A stretch of DNA of 63,518 nucleotides, filler included, from Neoconidiobolus thromboides FSU 785 (lineage: Eukaryota; Fungi; Entomophthoromycota): NCBI GenBank assembly GCA_025603075.1. It is 7 parts of 7 records of this genome, joined end to end, with 100 filler letters (N's around TTAATTAATTAA, not from the genome) between each part and the next. Parts side by side here need not be neighbours in the genome. Positions count along the whole stretch, not along the records: positions 46,532 to 51,457 come from MU626768.1; positions 51,558 to 55,214 come from MU626809.1; positions 55,315 to 57,137 come from MU626905.1; positions 57,238 to 61,178 come from MU626798.1; positions 61,279 to 63,518 come from MU626867.1; 2 more parts are not named here. One strand, written 5' to 3'. The notes under the pieces are model-generated. The model saw only the letters and a program-made list of their open reading frames with translations, searched no databases and had not been told where the DNA came from. A program made the translations under genes and the position numbers. Below, one piece after another: positions 49,501 to 61,387 of this stretch. The stretch's first letter is position 1, and each line of letters begins with the position of its first letter.

Positions 49501-50899
49501 TCATTAGCATTCAATACCTGAAATTATTGTATTTGTCATCTGACTCAATAATTGGTTAATACACCTAAAAGTTACAATTATTAAAGTTTCAATCTTTTTA
49601 GCAGTTTATTTATGGCCTTGTGGATTAAGACTTTAATAAAGTTAAAATAATTTTGGGTTATAATTTGAAGAAGCGAGGATTGATTTAGTTATTAATATTA
49701 TTGTAATTATAACTGTTTTTAGGTAATCTGAAAGGAAGATTTTTGTATTGATTAGATTAGGAGGGGGTTTATCTTCATTTCGTTCTTAAAGGTTTTTTTA
49801 ACTTGCTATTAAAGTTAAAAGCTTTAATATATTTTCATTAGAATACTATCTCTGCTATCAATTTCAACATGAGTTATTTAACAGTTATGTACTCTCCAGT
49901 TTTTTAACAAAACTGGCCAAACAATATTACAGGTCCCTATATCAGGAAATTTTGTAAGTTCACAAATCTGAGTTTATTGGTTTTTCCTAAATAATCCTAG
50001 GATTTGAAAAAAAATTGTTTTTCGTTAAAACTTATTGGTGGAGATGATTAACAAAACATTATTAACGCTCTAGTTTTGTGATTCTACAAACTTTTTTATA
50101 CTTTTTGGATTTATTTTCTGCTTTTTAGCCAAACTTTTTTAAAGTATCAATTAGCTCATCCAAATGCACATGGGTGTGCTCCTCCTCCCCCTCCTGCACA
50201 AAAAAGTTACCCTTATCCAATTGTGTAGACTAACCATTAAATCAAAAAATTTAGCGTTAGCAAAAATTGGGGGGACTTTTTAGTTAGGCAAAAAGATACC
50301 TTAGGCTGATATGTCAAAAAGATTGTTATGTAACTAAAATATCCCAAAACTATGGCACCAAATATAAAGGGGATTTTAGAAGGTTGTCAACCAAAACCAA
50401 TGTTTTAAGTTAAGAGCTAATTGATATAATATTCTGTATTGAATTAGTTTATCAAAGTTTTTTTCAATACTTTTTAACAGGTTTTTAATTGATAACATTT
50501 TAAAGTTGCATTTTTATAAAAACCTTCCCCACTTTAAACTATCATTATTGTTAAAAAGTTACTAGCTTGGTAATTAAGGGATTGTTAATATTTTGCAGTT
50601 AACCTGAGGGGGTGTTTGTACTAATAGTTAGTACTGCTCTCATTTTATAATTAGATTTTGTTAATTTCATCAATAATTTGAAACTCTGAAATTAAAACAG
50701 AAACCAGTCATGTATTAGAAAATTATAGACTAAGTACTAAATTTAAAAGCATTATATATTTCAAAAAGTCAATATAAATTTAGCTGTTAAACAAAGATGA
50801 GAATATTTCTACAGTTTTGATAATATGGTTTAATTTACAATTCATTTTTTAGATTATTTAATTTTTTTGTTAAGCTTGATTATAGTGCTTTTATCTTTA

Positions 50900-51070
50900 G
50901 AATATCCGTTTTCCATAAGTCTCTAGCTTTTTAAAACCTAGTTCGATAGGATTGAATATAAGTGTGTAAGTGTAAAAAGCCTATAAACTTAGTTTTATAA
51001 ATTGATTAAGCTATTAAGTAAAACTGCTTTCACTCCCTCGTTTTTGTAGATCGTGGCTTATCTATGATAA
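50900..51070 (-). pseudogene. Possible relic of an IS630/Tc1-mariner (DDE_3) transposase
   Basis: Reverse strand gives IIDK... followed (frame change) by FYTYTLIFNPIELGF*. This resembles the xxDN...YLPPYSPxLNPIExxW segment. Short and degraded. Confidence 0.3.
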
Positions 51071-51074
51071 TAAA

Positions 51075-51183
51075 TGGGGCTGTCCTAATTGGTTTCAGAA
51101 TTTACTTAGAAATTAATCCAAATTTTAAATTTTAAATTTATGTCTTTAATGTGATGGTTAAATCTAAAAAGCCTAAAATTAAA
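51075..51183 (+). mobile_element. Family B element end (diverged copy)
   Basis: TGGGGCTGTCCTAATTGGTTTCAGAATTTACTTAGAAATTAATCCAAATTTTAAATTTT...GGTTAAATCTAAAAAGCCTAAAATTAAAT aligns with 63410-63518. Confidence 0.85.
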
Positions 51184-51346
51184 TCTCTTTATTTAAAACT
51201 TATTTTAATTGTTTCCTTTTCTTAAATAGCTAATTTTCCTAACTATATATTTTATGTTAGTTCTGTTAGATATTTAATAGATATATAATATATAACTATA
51301 TAATTATATAATTATATAAATAGAGTTATTTGACTTTATTTCTTGT

Positions 51347-51401
51347 TAAAATAAAATAAAATAAAATAAAATAAAATAAAATAAAATAAAATAAAATAAA
51401 A
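51347..51401. repeat. (TAAAA)11 microsatellite; short (TATATAA)n run at ~51281-51318
   Basis: Direct reading. Confidence 0.95.
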
Positions 51402-51457
51402 TGCAAACTTTCATAACTAAACTTCGAAATGGAATTTTTGAAAATTTTAATACAATA

Positions 51458-51557
51458 NNNNNNNNNNNNNNNNNNNNNNNNNNNNNNNNNNNNNNNNNNN
51501 NTTAATTAATTAANNNNNNNNNNNNNNNNNNNNNNNNNNNNNNNNNNNNNNNNNNNN
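51458..51557. other. Artificial contig spacer
   Basis: 44 N + TTAATTAATTAA + 44 N. Confidence 0.97.
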
Positions 51558-52302
51558 GATACTAAATTAATCAAATAGTCTCCTGAATATGGTGAATTAT
51601 AATTTAGCATTTTAAACAAATGATTAGAATAAACTTTACATATTGTTTTATTATTTTGTTGTTTTTTAAATATAAAGCTTAAACTTTAATATTGATATAA
51701 CTTGTTTATTATAATGATTTAAATTCATCAAATCTGATTTTGTCTTCATTATTAAATCTTAATAAAATAGTTGTATGAAATCTAATACTCAGCGATTGGA
51801 GTCAAAAGCAGTTATTGCTTGGTTGACTAGCTGTAAGTTGAAAGATCTTAATTTATATGATTAGGACAGACTTGAATTATAAAGAATAACGCGTAATAGG
51901 CTACTGACTATGTAAGATAAGTAGAGTAGATAATACTAATGTAAAATTTACGTAAGGTACTATTAAGAAAACTCAGTGGCTTTATTAAATGTACGAGATA
52001 TCAGAGAATAATTCAGTTAAAAAGCCTTGAGTTACTATGTTCTAAAATCTCTTTTATATTCTGATAAGTATAGATATCAAAACGAGAAGATAAGAGCTTG
52101 GGTTTAATTGTGCCTGAACTCGAGAACACAATTTAAGTGATTATCATGCTATAATCAATCACGAAGCTGACAAAGGGATATTTCGCAATTAATTTATTAA
52201 GTAAACATTATATAATAATAGGCTATAATATTAACATTTTATTATTTTTAATTATTTTTAATAATTATATTAATTTCTACTTATATTAAATTTAAATTTT
52301 TT

Positions 52303-52415
52303 ATTTAATTTTAAGCTTTTTAAATTCAATTATGTATTCAAGACTTGTAAATCTAAAAGCTTAAAATTTAGATTGATTTAAGTAAATTCTAAAACTGATT
52401 CAAACATCCCCATAT
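52303..52415 (-). mobile_element. Family B element end (strongly diverged copy)
   Basis: ...AAAATTTAGATTGATTTAAGTAAATTCTAAAACTGATTCAAACATCCCCATAT versus ...AAATTTAAGATTTGGATTAACTTCTAAGTAAATTCTGAAACCAAATCGGACAACCCCATAT at 61279-61390. Confidence 0.65.
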
Positions 52416-52556
52416 GTCCCTAGGGATATAAGGGATCAAATTACCTTAGTTTTCCCTATCTGGTCCTTCCAGAGGAAGGAGCCGCTTAAACTTGCTTTCT
52501 TTTATTTCAGAAGCATTTCATTGATGATTTAGCCCTTTAAAGAATAAATTTAAAAA

Positions 52557-52656
52557 TATTGGAAGTGTTTTTAGTTTCACTACTTTTTCGTTTCTTAAAT
52601 GCTATTTGAATGGAATAATTGTTAGTGAAATTCTTGAACAAAAAATACATCCCCAT
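52557..52656 (-). mobile_element. MITE family A copy (diverged)
   Basis: TATTGGAAGTGTTTTTAGTTTCACT...AATACATCCCCAT. Confidence 0.82.
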
Positions 52657-53149
52657 TTAAAAAAATATTTTAGCTACTGTCATTAAATCAATAATAAAAA
52701 CTATAGAACTATCTCGAGAAAATAATTCCAATTAATTTATTAATTACTATTTTATCACCATTTATAATAATAATTGGTATTTATTATGTTAGGTAGGTAT
52801 AATGGAATTATTTTGTTGTATTATAGTATATAACAATTAGCTTAGGCTAATCAAATAAAACTAAGTATCTAAATTTTAAATACATAAAATACTTTGGTAT
52901 TCAAACAGATAGCTCGTGAACCGTTAAATAAAATATAGAGTATTTATTTAAAGTTGCTGTATTGCAATATTAAAATAACTATACACAATCATGTTGTTCC
53001 TATTAAACAGTAAATAGCGGTATGAATTGTTAAATCATATTTATTGATTGTATTAGTATTTTATAAATAAAGTTACTCGAATATTATAAGTTAAGAACAT
53101 CGCAATAAAAACAAAATAGATTAAATTTATTATCTTTTTTATTTAAACA

Positions 53150-54136
53150 ATGGCACATAGAACTTTGATAATCGAAATTGTTGGAGACACTCTGGGAGTG
53201 ATTGCATTATCAATCAATCTTTTAGTGGGGGTATTAGTAATCTTAGTAAGAAAAGACAAATCGCTGTTACTGGGCTTAAACTTTATGATTTTGACCATTT
53301 TATGTGATATAATTACTCCTATTGTAGGAATAGTTCAAGAAACTATATCCGTTTCAAACAATCGTAATATCATGCTTGATACGCATCCATGCCAAATTCT
53401 TGGAATATTTCATACATTAGTTCCTATATGTAGTAGCTGTGGCATAGCTTTATTAGCATTAGAGCGTTATTTTACTATTAAACGATATGATATACATAAA
53501 TGGATCTTATGGTCTACTGGTATGACTATTATGGTAATATCAGTCATATTTGCAGTACTTACTGCTTGTTATAACGAATTTGCCTTTACTGAATCTAGGA
53601 TGATGTGTATGCCTTTACCTAATAGTGGATCTATTAGTAAGTCATATTACTATATCATGATGTTTAGCCTCATATTAAACACTATTGTAATTTCTTTTGG
53701 TTATTCTGGAATAATATTAGTATTAAGGGATAGGAAGGTGTTAAAATCTAACCCAATAATCAGTCTAAAAGATATGCCTGATAAGGATAGTGACTCTAAC
53801 AGTAGTAACTCTCTGACACATATCAACTGTTTTAAAAATAGAATTGAACACGAGAAAATTAAAACTCCAACAAGAGTAATTGCCAAAGGAATTGCTTTCG
53901 TTGCATGTTATATCATTTGCATCTGCCCTGCTATTTTTATAATGATTTATCATGCTGTAATGGTACACATTAATAAAATTTTCATATTGAGCCACTATTA
54001 TTCAGTAGCTGTCTTTGCATCACTTTGTTCTTTTAGTTTAGCGAACCCCATCTTTCTCTTGTTGCTTCACAACAAGGTTTATGCAAGGCTTGTCAATTTG
54101 TTATTATCTCTAAGATCAATAATAATAAAGAAATGA
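53150..54136 (+). CDS. Rhodopsin-class (class A-like) 7TM G-protein-coupled receptor, 328 aa
   Basis: Seven hydrophobic segments. TM3 starts with Cys (HPCQILG) and ends in ALERY (E/DRY). ECL2 Cys in MMCMP, long ICL3, TM6 ICICP, TM7 ANPIF. Intronless. Confidence 0.85.
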   Translation: MAHRTLIIEIVGDTLGVIALSINLLVGVLVILVRKDKSLLLGLNFMILTILCDIITPIVGIVQETISVSNNRNIMLDTHPCQILGIFHTLVPICSSCGIALLALERYFTIKRYDIHKWILWSTGMTIMVISVIFAVLTACYNEFAFTESRMMCMPLPNSGSISKSYYYIMMFSLILNTIVISFGYSGIILVLRDRKVLKSNPIISLKDMPDKDSDSNSSNSLTHINCFKNRIEHEKIKTPTRVIAKGIAFVACYIICICPAIFIMIYHAVMVHINKIFILSHYYSVAVFASLCSFSLANPIFLLLLHNKVYARLVNLLLSLRSIIIKK

Positions 54137-54660
54137 TTTAATTCTTACTAGGGGTTACTAAATTATGATGTTCTAAAAGACCCTATTTTAGTCGAACTAT
54201 TTTATAAGAAGTTATTTTATAAAGTTGAAAAAATGTTTAATAATTTTATTTGCTTGATCTGGATTAAAAATCTTAAACTGAAGTAGTAATTTAATTAAGA
54301 TGAACGCTAAACTACTCACATGATTAACTTAATTTCGCTGTAGCCTTAATATTGGCTATTGGAAAAATACCATGAAGGCTTATAGATATTTGAAAGCCTG
54401 TATATATTTAAATATGCATTTATAGAATAGTTGTCCTATCTACTTTAATTATCCTGCTTTTTAATAAATTTGTCTTGTATATATAATACTTCAAGCGTAA
54501 TATAATAATGATCATAAGTTTACAAATACACATTTTTTCAAAAACAAATAAAACTTCAAGCATATATATGTTGTCTTTAATAAATTAGATAAGTTGTTTC
54601 CAATCTGTATTTAGTGCTATAAATAAATAAATTAGCATTTCTTATAAGTTGACTTTCATT

Positions 54661-54765
54661 ATATGAGAGTGTTTTTTTTGACTTCATTATTTTTTCCATT
54701 TTTTAAGCACTATTTAAGTGAAAAACTTGTTAGCAAAATTCTTAAGCACAAAAATACATCCCCAT
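54661..54765 (-). mobile_element. MITE family A copy
   Basis: ATATGAGAGTGTTTTTTTTGACTTC...AATACATCCCCAT. Confidence 0.92.
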
Positions 54766-54784
54766 TATTAACTATAGATTTAGT

Positions 54785-54874
54785 ATACGCGGATGTATTT
54801 TTTTGTTTAAGAATTTTTTCGCTTAAATGATGCTTAGAAAATAGAAAAATAAAGCCAGAAAAACACCCCCATAT
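54785..54874 (+). mobile_element. Internally deleted MITE family A copy, inverted relative to and ~20 bp from the previous copy
   Basis: TACGCGGATGTATTTTTTTGTTTAAGAATTTTTTCGCTTAAATGATGCTTAG...AAACACCCCCATAT. Confidence 0.8.
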
Positions 54875-55214
54875 TCTTAACAGATATAAAAGTTTTAAAT
54901 TTAACGCAAGTAGGAATCAATATGACTATTTAAAAACAATTAATAATGAAAAATACTAATACTATAATATATTATTATATATAATAAACATGACCAAATC
55001 AAAATTATTATATAAATTTATTTGATAGTTTTAAAAATCCAGCAGAAAAAAAACAGATTTATATAATACATGTGTCCAGTATATAATTAAAAAAAAGTAA
55101 AAATAAAAAATAAGATAAAAATAAAACAATATGTAAAGTTTATTCTAATCATTTGTTTAAAATGCTAAATTATAATTCACCATATTCAGGAGACTATTTG
55201 ATTAATTTAGTATC

Positions 55215-55314
55215 NNNNNNNNNNNNNNNNNNNNNNNNNNNNNNNNNNNNNNNNNNNNTTAATTAATTAANNNNNNNNNNNNNNNNNNNNNNNNNNNNNN
55301 NNNNNNNNNNNNNN
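55215..55314. other. Artificial contig spacer
   Basis: 44 N + TTAATTAATTAA + 44 N. Confidence 0.97.
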
Positions 55315-55508
55315 CAGCCGTGAAATTCAATACTGTGTTGAACAAAGACCCAAGCAAATATACACAATTACAAGTTGAGTATGAAGCTATTAAAAGAAAA
55401 ATCGTTGATACTAGAGACAAATTCAGACCCAAACGCTCTTTAATCACTCGTGCTAAGAAAGTTGTTAAAAGTTATATCAAGCGTCGTGTTGACTCCATGT
55501 TAAGCTAA
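55315..55508 (+). CDS. 3' end of an unknown gene, truncated by the gap
   Basis: Open frame from the contig start ...VKFNTVLNKDPSKYTQLQVEYEAIKRKIVDTRDKFRPKRSLITRAKKVVKSYIKRRVDSMLS*, with codon usage like the expressed genes here. Confidence 0.6.
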
Positions 55509-56223
55509 ATTAAGTGTAAATAAAATGCAAATTATATCATATTGTCTTTTTTAAAATAAATTTTTATATTTTAATTTTCGATATAAGGATATTATTACAA
55601 TTTAAAGCGTATAGTATAAAGATATATATTGAATAAAGTCTTGAAAGCTATTAAGTAAGTGATTGTTTATGATAGTATAATAAGTCATTAGCTAATTTGA
55701 TAATAAAAAATCTAATAAATCATCTTAAACTATCAATCTTACGCTTTTAAATATTACAAAAATCATTAAAAGAATTAAAATTTTATTTTTGAAAGTAGTC
55801 ATGAACTGTTTATAAAATAAAATGAGATGTTTACTATAGAAAGCTATCTCTATAATCTTATATATATTAAAAGGTAAAATAAAAATTAAGACTTTATCAA
55901 AATAACAAATCGATGCTAGAATAACTCCATAAAGTTAAAATTTAGCTTTAAGCATGTGTGAAAAACATGTAACTATATGGAAGTAGCTTAAGCTATTTTC
56001 AAATAAACCTTATTATGAATCTAACCCCTGTGTTATCATAATTGATATTTTATTATTTTGATATAGTATATCATATATTAAATAACTATATTAATTATCC
56101 TATAATGGTACTCAAATAAAATTAACAATACTGATTAGCTATAAGTAACTTTGACGGTTATTTTTAGTACTTATTTTAATGGCTTTTATACTGGAGTAGT
56201 TTTTTCTATTGTAAAGTAAAAGA

Positions 56224-56327
56224 ATATGTAGAGATGTTTTTTTGATTTCATCGCTTTTTCCATTTTTAAGCACTATTTAAAAAAAAGGTTGCTAGTAAAA
56301 CTCTTAGATAAAAAATACATTTCCATA
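56224..56327 (-). mobile_element. Degenerate MITE family A copy
   Basis: ATATGTAGAGATGTTTTTTTGATTTCATCG...AATACATTTCCATA. Confidence 0.75.
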
Positions 56328-56927
56328 CAATATAAAATAAAGTTATTGCTATAAATAGAGTTAATTTTATAATGTTTTTGGATAGTCAACAACGCTAGAT
56401 AATTTATTATATTGTACTTTAAAATAGACTGTTACATAACATTGTCCCAGTTTATATTGTAAAATATAGTTACTGTTAATTTGTTGAATTATCATAATAG
56501 CAAAATAACATTTGAGATTTGAGCATTTATATTTCTATACCTTTACTTAAAGGTTTTTATTTATCTGACATTCAGCTTATATTGAGTTATATTAAATATT
56601 TAAAAAGCTCATTAAAAATAGTAATTTTATGTAATGTGTTCTCTAAAAGTATCCCAGAATTGCCAATTAATGAATATTTATTTTATTTTTATAAAATAAA
56701 AACAATTTTTATTTTTAAACATTATTCTAATTCAAAAATCTATTTAAAAATTTTAGAATTAAAACGAATATAAATAAATTCAGGTTAAATTAGTATGGCT
56801 AATTCAAGGATACTATTTCAAGTTTGCCGTACACGGAGTAATTATTTATTGAGGAGCCTTATTTTTAAAACTATATAAAATAAAAATATATCAGTCCAAA
56901 AAATTATCAAACTATATTAACCAGAAA

Positions 56928-57137
56928 ATGAAGTTTAACACTATTACCTCCACTCTTCTAATCTGTCTAGCTTCTACTATAGTAGCTTCCCCATCTAAAC
57001 ATCATGGCTTAAGAGCTATTGGTGACAATTTTTTTGGTAGCGTTAAAGGATTATTACATATCCGCGGCGGACAATCAATTGCTGATCATTGCCAGATTGA
57101 GCAAAAGATTTCTCAAGTTACAAAGAGAGAACAATTT
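56928..57137 (+). CDS. 5' end of a secreted protein of unknown function, truncated by the gap
   Basis: Signal peptide MKFNTITSTLLICLASTIVA-SP. TATATAAAA at ~56872-56880. Confidence 0.7.
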
Positions 57138-57237
57138 NNNNNNNNNNNNNNNNNNNNNNNNNNNNNNNNNNNNNNNNNNNNTTAATTAATTAANNNNNNN
57201 NNNNNNNNNNNNNNNNNNNNNNNNNNNNNNNNNNNNN
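57138..57237. other. Artificial contig spacer
   Basis: 44 N + TTAATTAATTAA + 44 N. Confidence 0.97.
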
Positions 57238-58675
57238 CCAGTACATGTAAGGGCTGTAGCAAGTCCACCCCATACTCCTTGAACTCCAAAGTGTAGCCCA
57301 AAGCCAAGGAGGGAGCTAATTGGTATAGCAATAATATACCAACTGACTAAATTAACTACTGCACCAATCTTTTGTCTACCTTGTCCTCTTAGAATACCAT
57401 TGCTGACGCAAGCGATACTATCAAATACCTTTAAAAAGTTAGTCATAGTTATGATTAAAAACGAAAATATTTTACATGATAATAGCAAAGGAAAGGGACT
57501 AAAGTAAGAATGATCTTTTGTAAATTGGCATCATGAGTAAAGATAGAAGCAAATTGATTTTTAAATAAAACGAGAATACAAGCATTCATCATAGAAATCC
57601 CCAATCCCAATCCAACCAAACACAAAGTAGCCAACTTTGCTCGATTGATATGCTCTGAACCCAACAAGTTCCCGATTCTGTTACTGGCTACGATTGATAG
57701 GCTTATAGCAAATGAGTAGAATATGATATCAATATTGATAGTAATAGCATGTGCTGCCAATGCTTCTCTGCCTAAATAACTGACACTGAATGACATAATA
57801 TTAACTGCCCACCATTCAGAACATACCATTAGGATTCCAGAGAGCCCTAGTTTAATATAGACTCCCCAGTTTTTAAGACTTTGTTCTTTCCATCCTCCCC
57901 AGCATTCTTTACCTTCAATAAAGTTGATATACAATACCATAAATATAAATAAAGTCCAGTTAGAACCAAGGAGAGTATAAGGAGCGCCTAAAAATCCAAT
58001 AGAGGTTTTTGGATTCCACATAAGCATATAGTTCAAAAAGAAAGTAACTGGTAATGAAGCCAACAGAACCCAGGTTTGAGCACGCATGATTTTTTGAGCT
58101 TGTAAATACTTCTTCAGTAATTCAAATGCAATGTATGGTGGAGTAGCTAAAATCATGACTCTTAAGTATTGACCACAGAGAAAAGCCATCTCAGCGTCTT
58201 GCTTTAAGAGAAGTAATATAGACTCAGAATACCACCATATAATATAAACTGGTACTAACATTAATTGCTGAATAATCATTCCTTTTTGTAAATGTAAACC
58301 AACTTGATGTTTGTCACTTGAACCTGTGAAAGACTGGGAACATAATGTATCTAATGCAGTTGCCATCCCCAAACTTAATGAATTAGCGGTGGCATTATAA
58401 AATAAATTCGAAAGCGCAGCAGAACTAACCTCTAAAGCAGAAAACTGACCCATGGAATATAAATTAAGTGTAGGAGTAGCAAATTGGGTAAAAGTAGATA
58501 GAATGATTGGAACTGCACATGATATTATGTAAAATATTTCATTAATAATCGCCTGAGTTTTAAACGGATAAGATATATCTTGTTCTTTATCGTCAATTGG
58601 TTTGGAAAGTAAGGAGCTGGTTTCAGTTAGCGGCAAATTACCACTTGACTGATTTCTGTCTTTGATATTGGCCAT
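57238..58675 (-). CDS. MATE-family multidrug/toxin efflux transporter (exon 1 58675-57476, intron 57475-57429, exon 2 truncated by the gap)
   Basis: GMATALDTLCSQSF, LKKYLQAQ, LGLSGILMVCSEWWA and SNRIGNLLG, then after an in-frame intron VFDSIACVSNGILRGQGRQKIGAVVNLVSWYIIAIP. Confidence 0.94.
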
Positions 58676-60566
58676 TTCTGTAATTTTTAAGTTTTTGATT
58701 TTAATTTATCTCTATATTTATACTTTTTTTAGATGCTTCTAATTACTACTTCGCTTTTTTTTCGAAAGAATAACTCCTTTTAGAATCTAGTTCAAATTTA
58801 AATTTAGGCCTTATACCTTTTATTTGATATTTTAAACCTTATTAAGGGTCAACCTTATTATGAATAATAAAACTTAAACTTTGATATTTTCGATTATTAG
58901 CCCATATTACATTTTTATCCCTTACAAATCTTCAGATTTATTTATCTTATTTTTACTTTATAAGTCAAAGTTCTACTGGTGATAAGCTTAATAAAAGAAA
59001 AGAAAAGCAAATATGCAATAAGTTATAAAGGTCTATTATAAAAATTCAGAGCATTCACTTAAGAAACAATTGGCTAAAATGAGTACGTTAGATGAATTTA
59101 ATTTACATTATTTTTTGATTAATAGAGTTCTCAGAAGTGATGAAAAAATGGGGCTTTCAAAATTGATAGAAAGATGGGGTTTTGCAATTATTTTTTAAGT
59201 CACAAGATAAAAAAACTCAAATTGAGATGTGCCACCACCAATTATTATTTTAATCGAACTTTGAATAGAAAAAGTAATAAATGCTATGTCTAGATTATAG
59301 GAATATAAAATCCTACATTTAGGTAAATAAGCTATAATATCATTTTCTTGTTTTTTATAGTTACAACTAGTGGAAAATAACGAAATTAAGAAATAAAAAG
59401 CTAAGCTGCCACATAAACTAAGTTCCTAACTATGGTTGGCTGTTTAAAAAACTACCGAGAAATGCAAGATCTTGGGTTTTTACTTTTGAATAATTAGAGT
59501 GAATTTTAACACCAACATTTAATTAAAATTAGATAGTGATAGTACCATTAAAATAAGCTAAACTCGGAATTATCTTATTGAGGTTTCTGCTTCAACTAGT
59601 TCGATAATTTGTTGGATAATGTATTTAATAAAATGCAAAATTCATAATTATTTGATTGTAGTGTATAAAAATAGGGAGAATTATGCTAATATAATAAAGT
59701 AAACATTTGATCAAAACGAAAGAAAACCGGTTTCTTTATAATCTTGAGAGAACCTTTGACTTTCAAATGAGTTGCTTATGAAGGAGAAATGTTAAAAAAA
59801 CTTATACAAAGATGAGGTCAAAAGATCTGAAAGGGCAAAATAAGGAAACTGCTTAAACCTCGGAAGGCATTTTGAGTTTGTTTTTCCTTCTTTAAATTAA
59901 GAAAACTCACGTCAAGCAGTTTTTATTATGTTTTATATAGATTTGTCCAGATATAGAATAAAGGAGAAGGGATGGTAGAAGACGAAACTATTGGTTTAGA
60001 ATTATATCTTTATTCGAATATTTTTTAAAAGGTAAAGTCCTTTGAAAGCACAACAATATCAATTTCATTTTATTTATTCACGCTATTTTGATTATATTCA
60101 TTATTAAATGGCATTTATAAATGTACATATATCATTATTAAGAAGTAAAATTTTATTAAGTTAAAATGTTTAAAAAACAAGATTACTTGATAGTCAAGCT
60201 AATAAAGGTTAATAAAGCTGTTAAATGGATATGCATAAGAGCAGCGCATTGGCTTTTGTTAGAAGGAATAAATGATTACAATGTTTATAGATCTATAAGC
60301 TTTAATTTTTTTCCACTAGTTTTATGAATAAACGTATTTAGAGTACAAAGCAGCAAATATCATAGGAAATACAATGACAATATTGATAGCTATTTCATAT
60401 TACTGTGATATAATATATTATTCAAACAAATCTGATTGGTTAGCTTATATACTTAGTCAACTATAATATCACATTCATTTTAAATAATTAAATAGTTAAA
60501 TAATTAAGCAATTCAACTTAACTATATGACTTTCTAATAAATGATCGAGTACAACAAAACATAAAG

Positions 60567-60672
60567 ATATGGGGATGCTTTTTTGGCTTCATTACTTTTT
60601 TCATCTTTTAAGCACTATTTAAATGGAAAAATTGTTAGCAAAACTCTTAAATACAAAAATATATCCCCATAT
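60567..60672 (-). mobile_element. MITE family A copy
   Basis: ATATGGGGATGCTTTTTTGGCTTCATT...AAATATATCCCCATAT. Confidence 0.92.
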
Positions 60673-61091
60673 GTTAGTTAAATTTTGTTAATTTCAACTA
60701 AGTGTCTTTATAAAAATGGTTAAAATTTAATGCTCAATCTTATACCGATAATCTAAAACTTATGCAATTACACATGTTTTTATTTTATTTATTTCTTCTA
60801 ATTCTTTATTTTATCTTTAATTGAATCTTTACAAAGTTAATGAGCCTATAGTAAATACCACTTTTTAAAATAGTTTAATTGATTGTTATACTACTCAGAA
60901 CTCTACCGTAATCAAACCAAACAATACAGTTTATATAGCAGTGACTTAAAAAAACCTGATGGTATATTCATTTTAAACGCCTTCAATTGTTAGAATGATA
61001 TAGTTAGCAAAATAGTATGATCAAATATCTAACTTGCTTTAAAAATATTAACCAAAAATACCTAAATTACAAACTACTTTTATTAAATTAA

Positions 61092-61178
61092 TTAAGGCAT
61101 TTTCTTAAAGAAATCAGTAATCTTCTTTTGATCACCACCTTTGGCAACAGTCTTAGCTTTAGTAAGTGCTGCTTCTAT
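61092..61178 (-). CDS. Last 28 codons of a gene ending in a PIP-box (PCNA-interaction) motif, truncated by the gap
   Basis: IEAALTKAKTVAKGGDQKKITDFFKKMP*; QKKITDFF fits Qxx[ILM]xxFF. Confidence 0.65.
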   Translation of the reverse strand: MEAALTKAKTVAKGGDQKKITDFFKKMP

Positions 61179-61278
61179 NNNNNNNNNNNNNNNNNNNNNN
61201 NNNNNNNNNNNNNNNNNNNNNNTTAATTAATTAANNNNNNNNNNNNNNNNNNNNNNNNNNNNNNNNNNNNNNNNNNNN
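61179..61278. other. Artificial contig spacer
   Basis: 44 N + TTAATTAATTAA + 44 N. Confidence 0.97.
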
Positions 61279-61387
61279 AATTTGACTTTAAGTCTTTTAG
61301 ATTTAACCGTCATACTAGACACAACTTAAAAATTTAAGATTTGGATTAACTTCTAAGTAAATTCTGAAACCAAATCGGACAACCCCA
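61279..61387 (-). mobile_element. Family B element end at contig start
   Basis: Reverse complement of 63410-63518 with one mismatch over 109 nt. Ends GGACAACCCCA followed by TA. Confidence 0.92.

Noticed and set aside
52416-52490. Small hairpins (TCCCTAGGGA; TCCTTC-CAGAG-GAAGGA) as an ncRNA
   Set aside because: Stems are short, with no recognisable snRNA/snoRNA boxes.
53990-54070. GPCR as a retinal-binding opsin
   Set aside because: No Lys at the Schiff-base position in TM7 (Cys instead).
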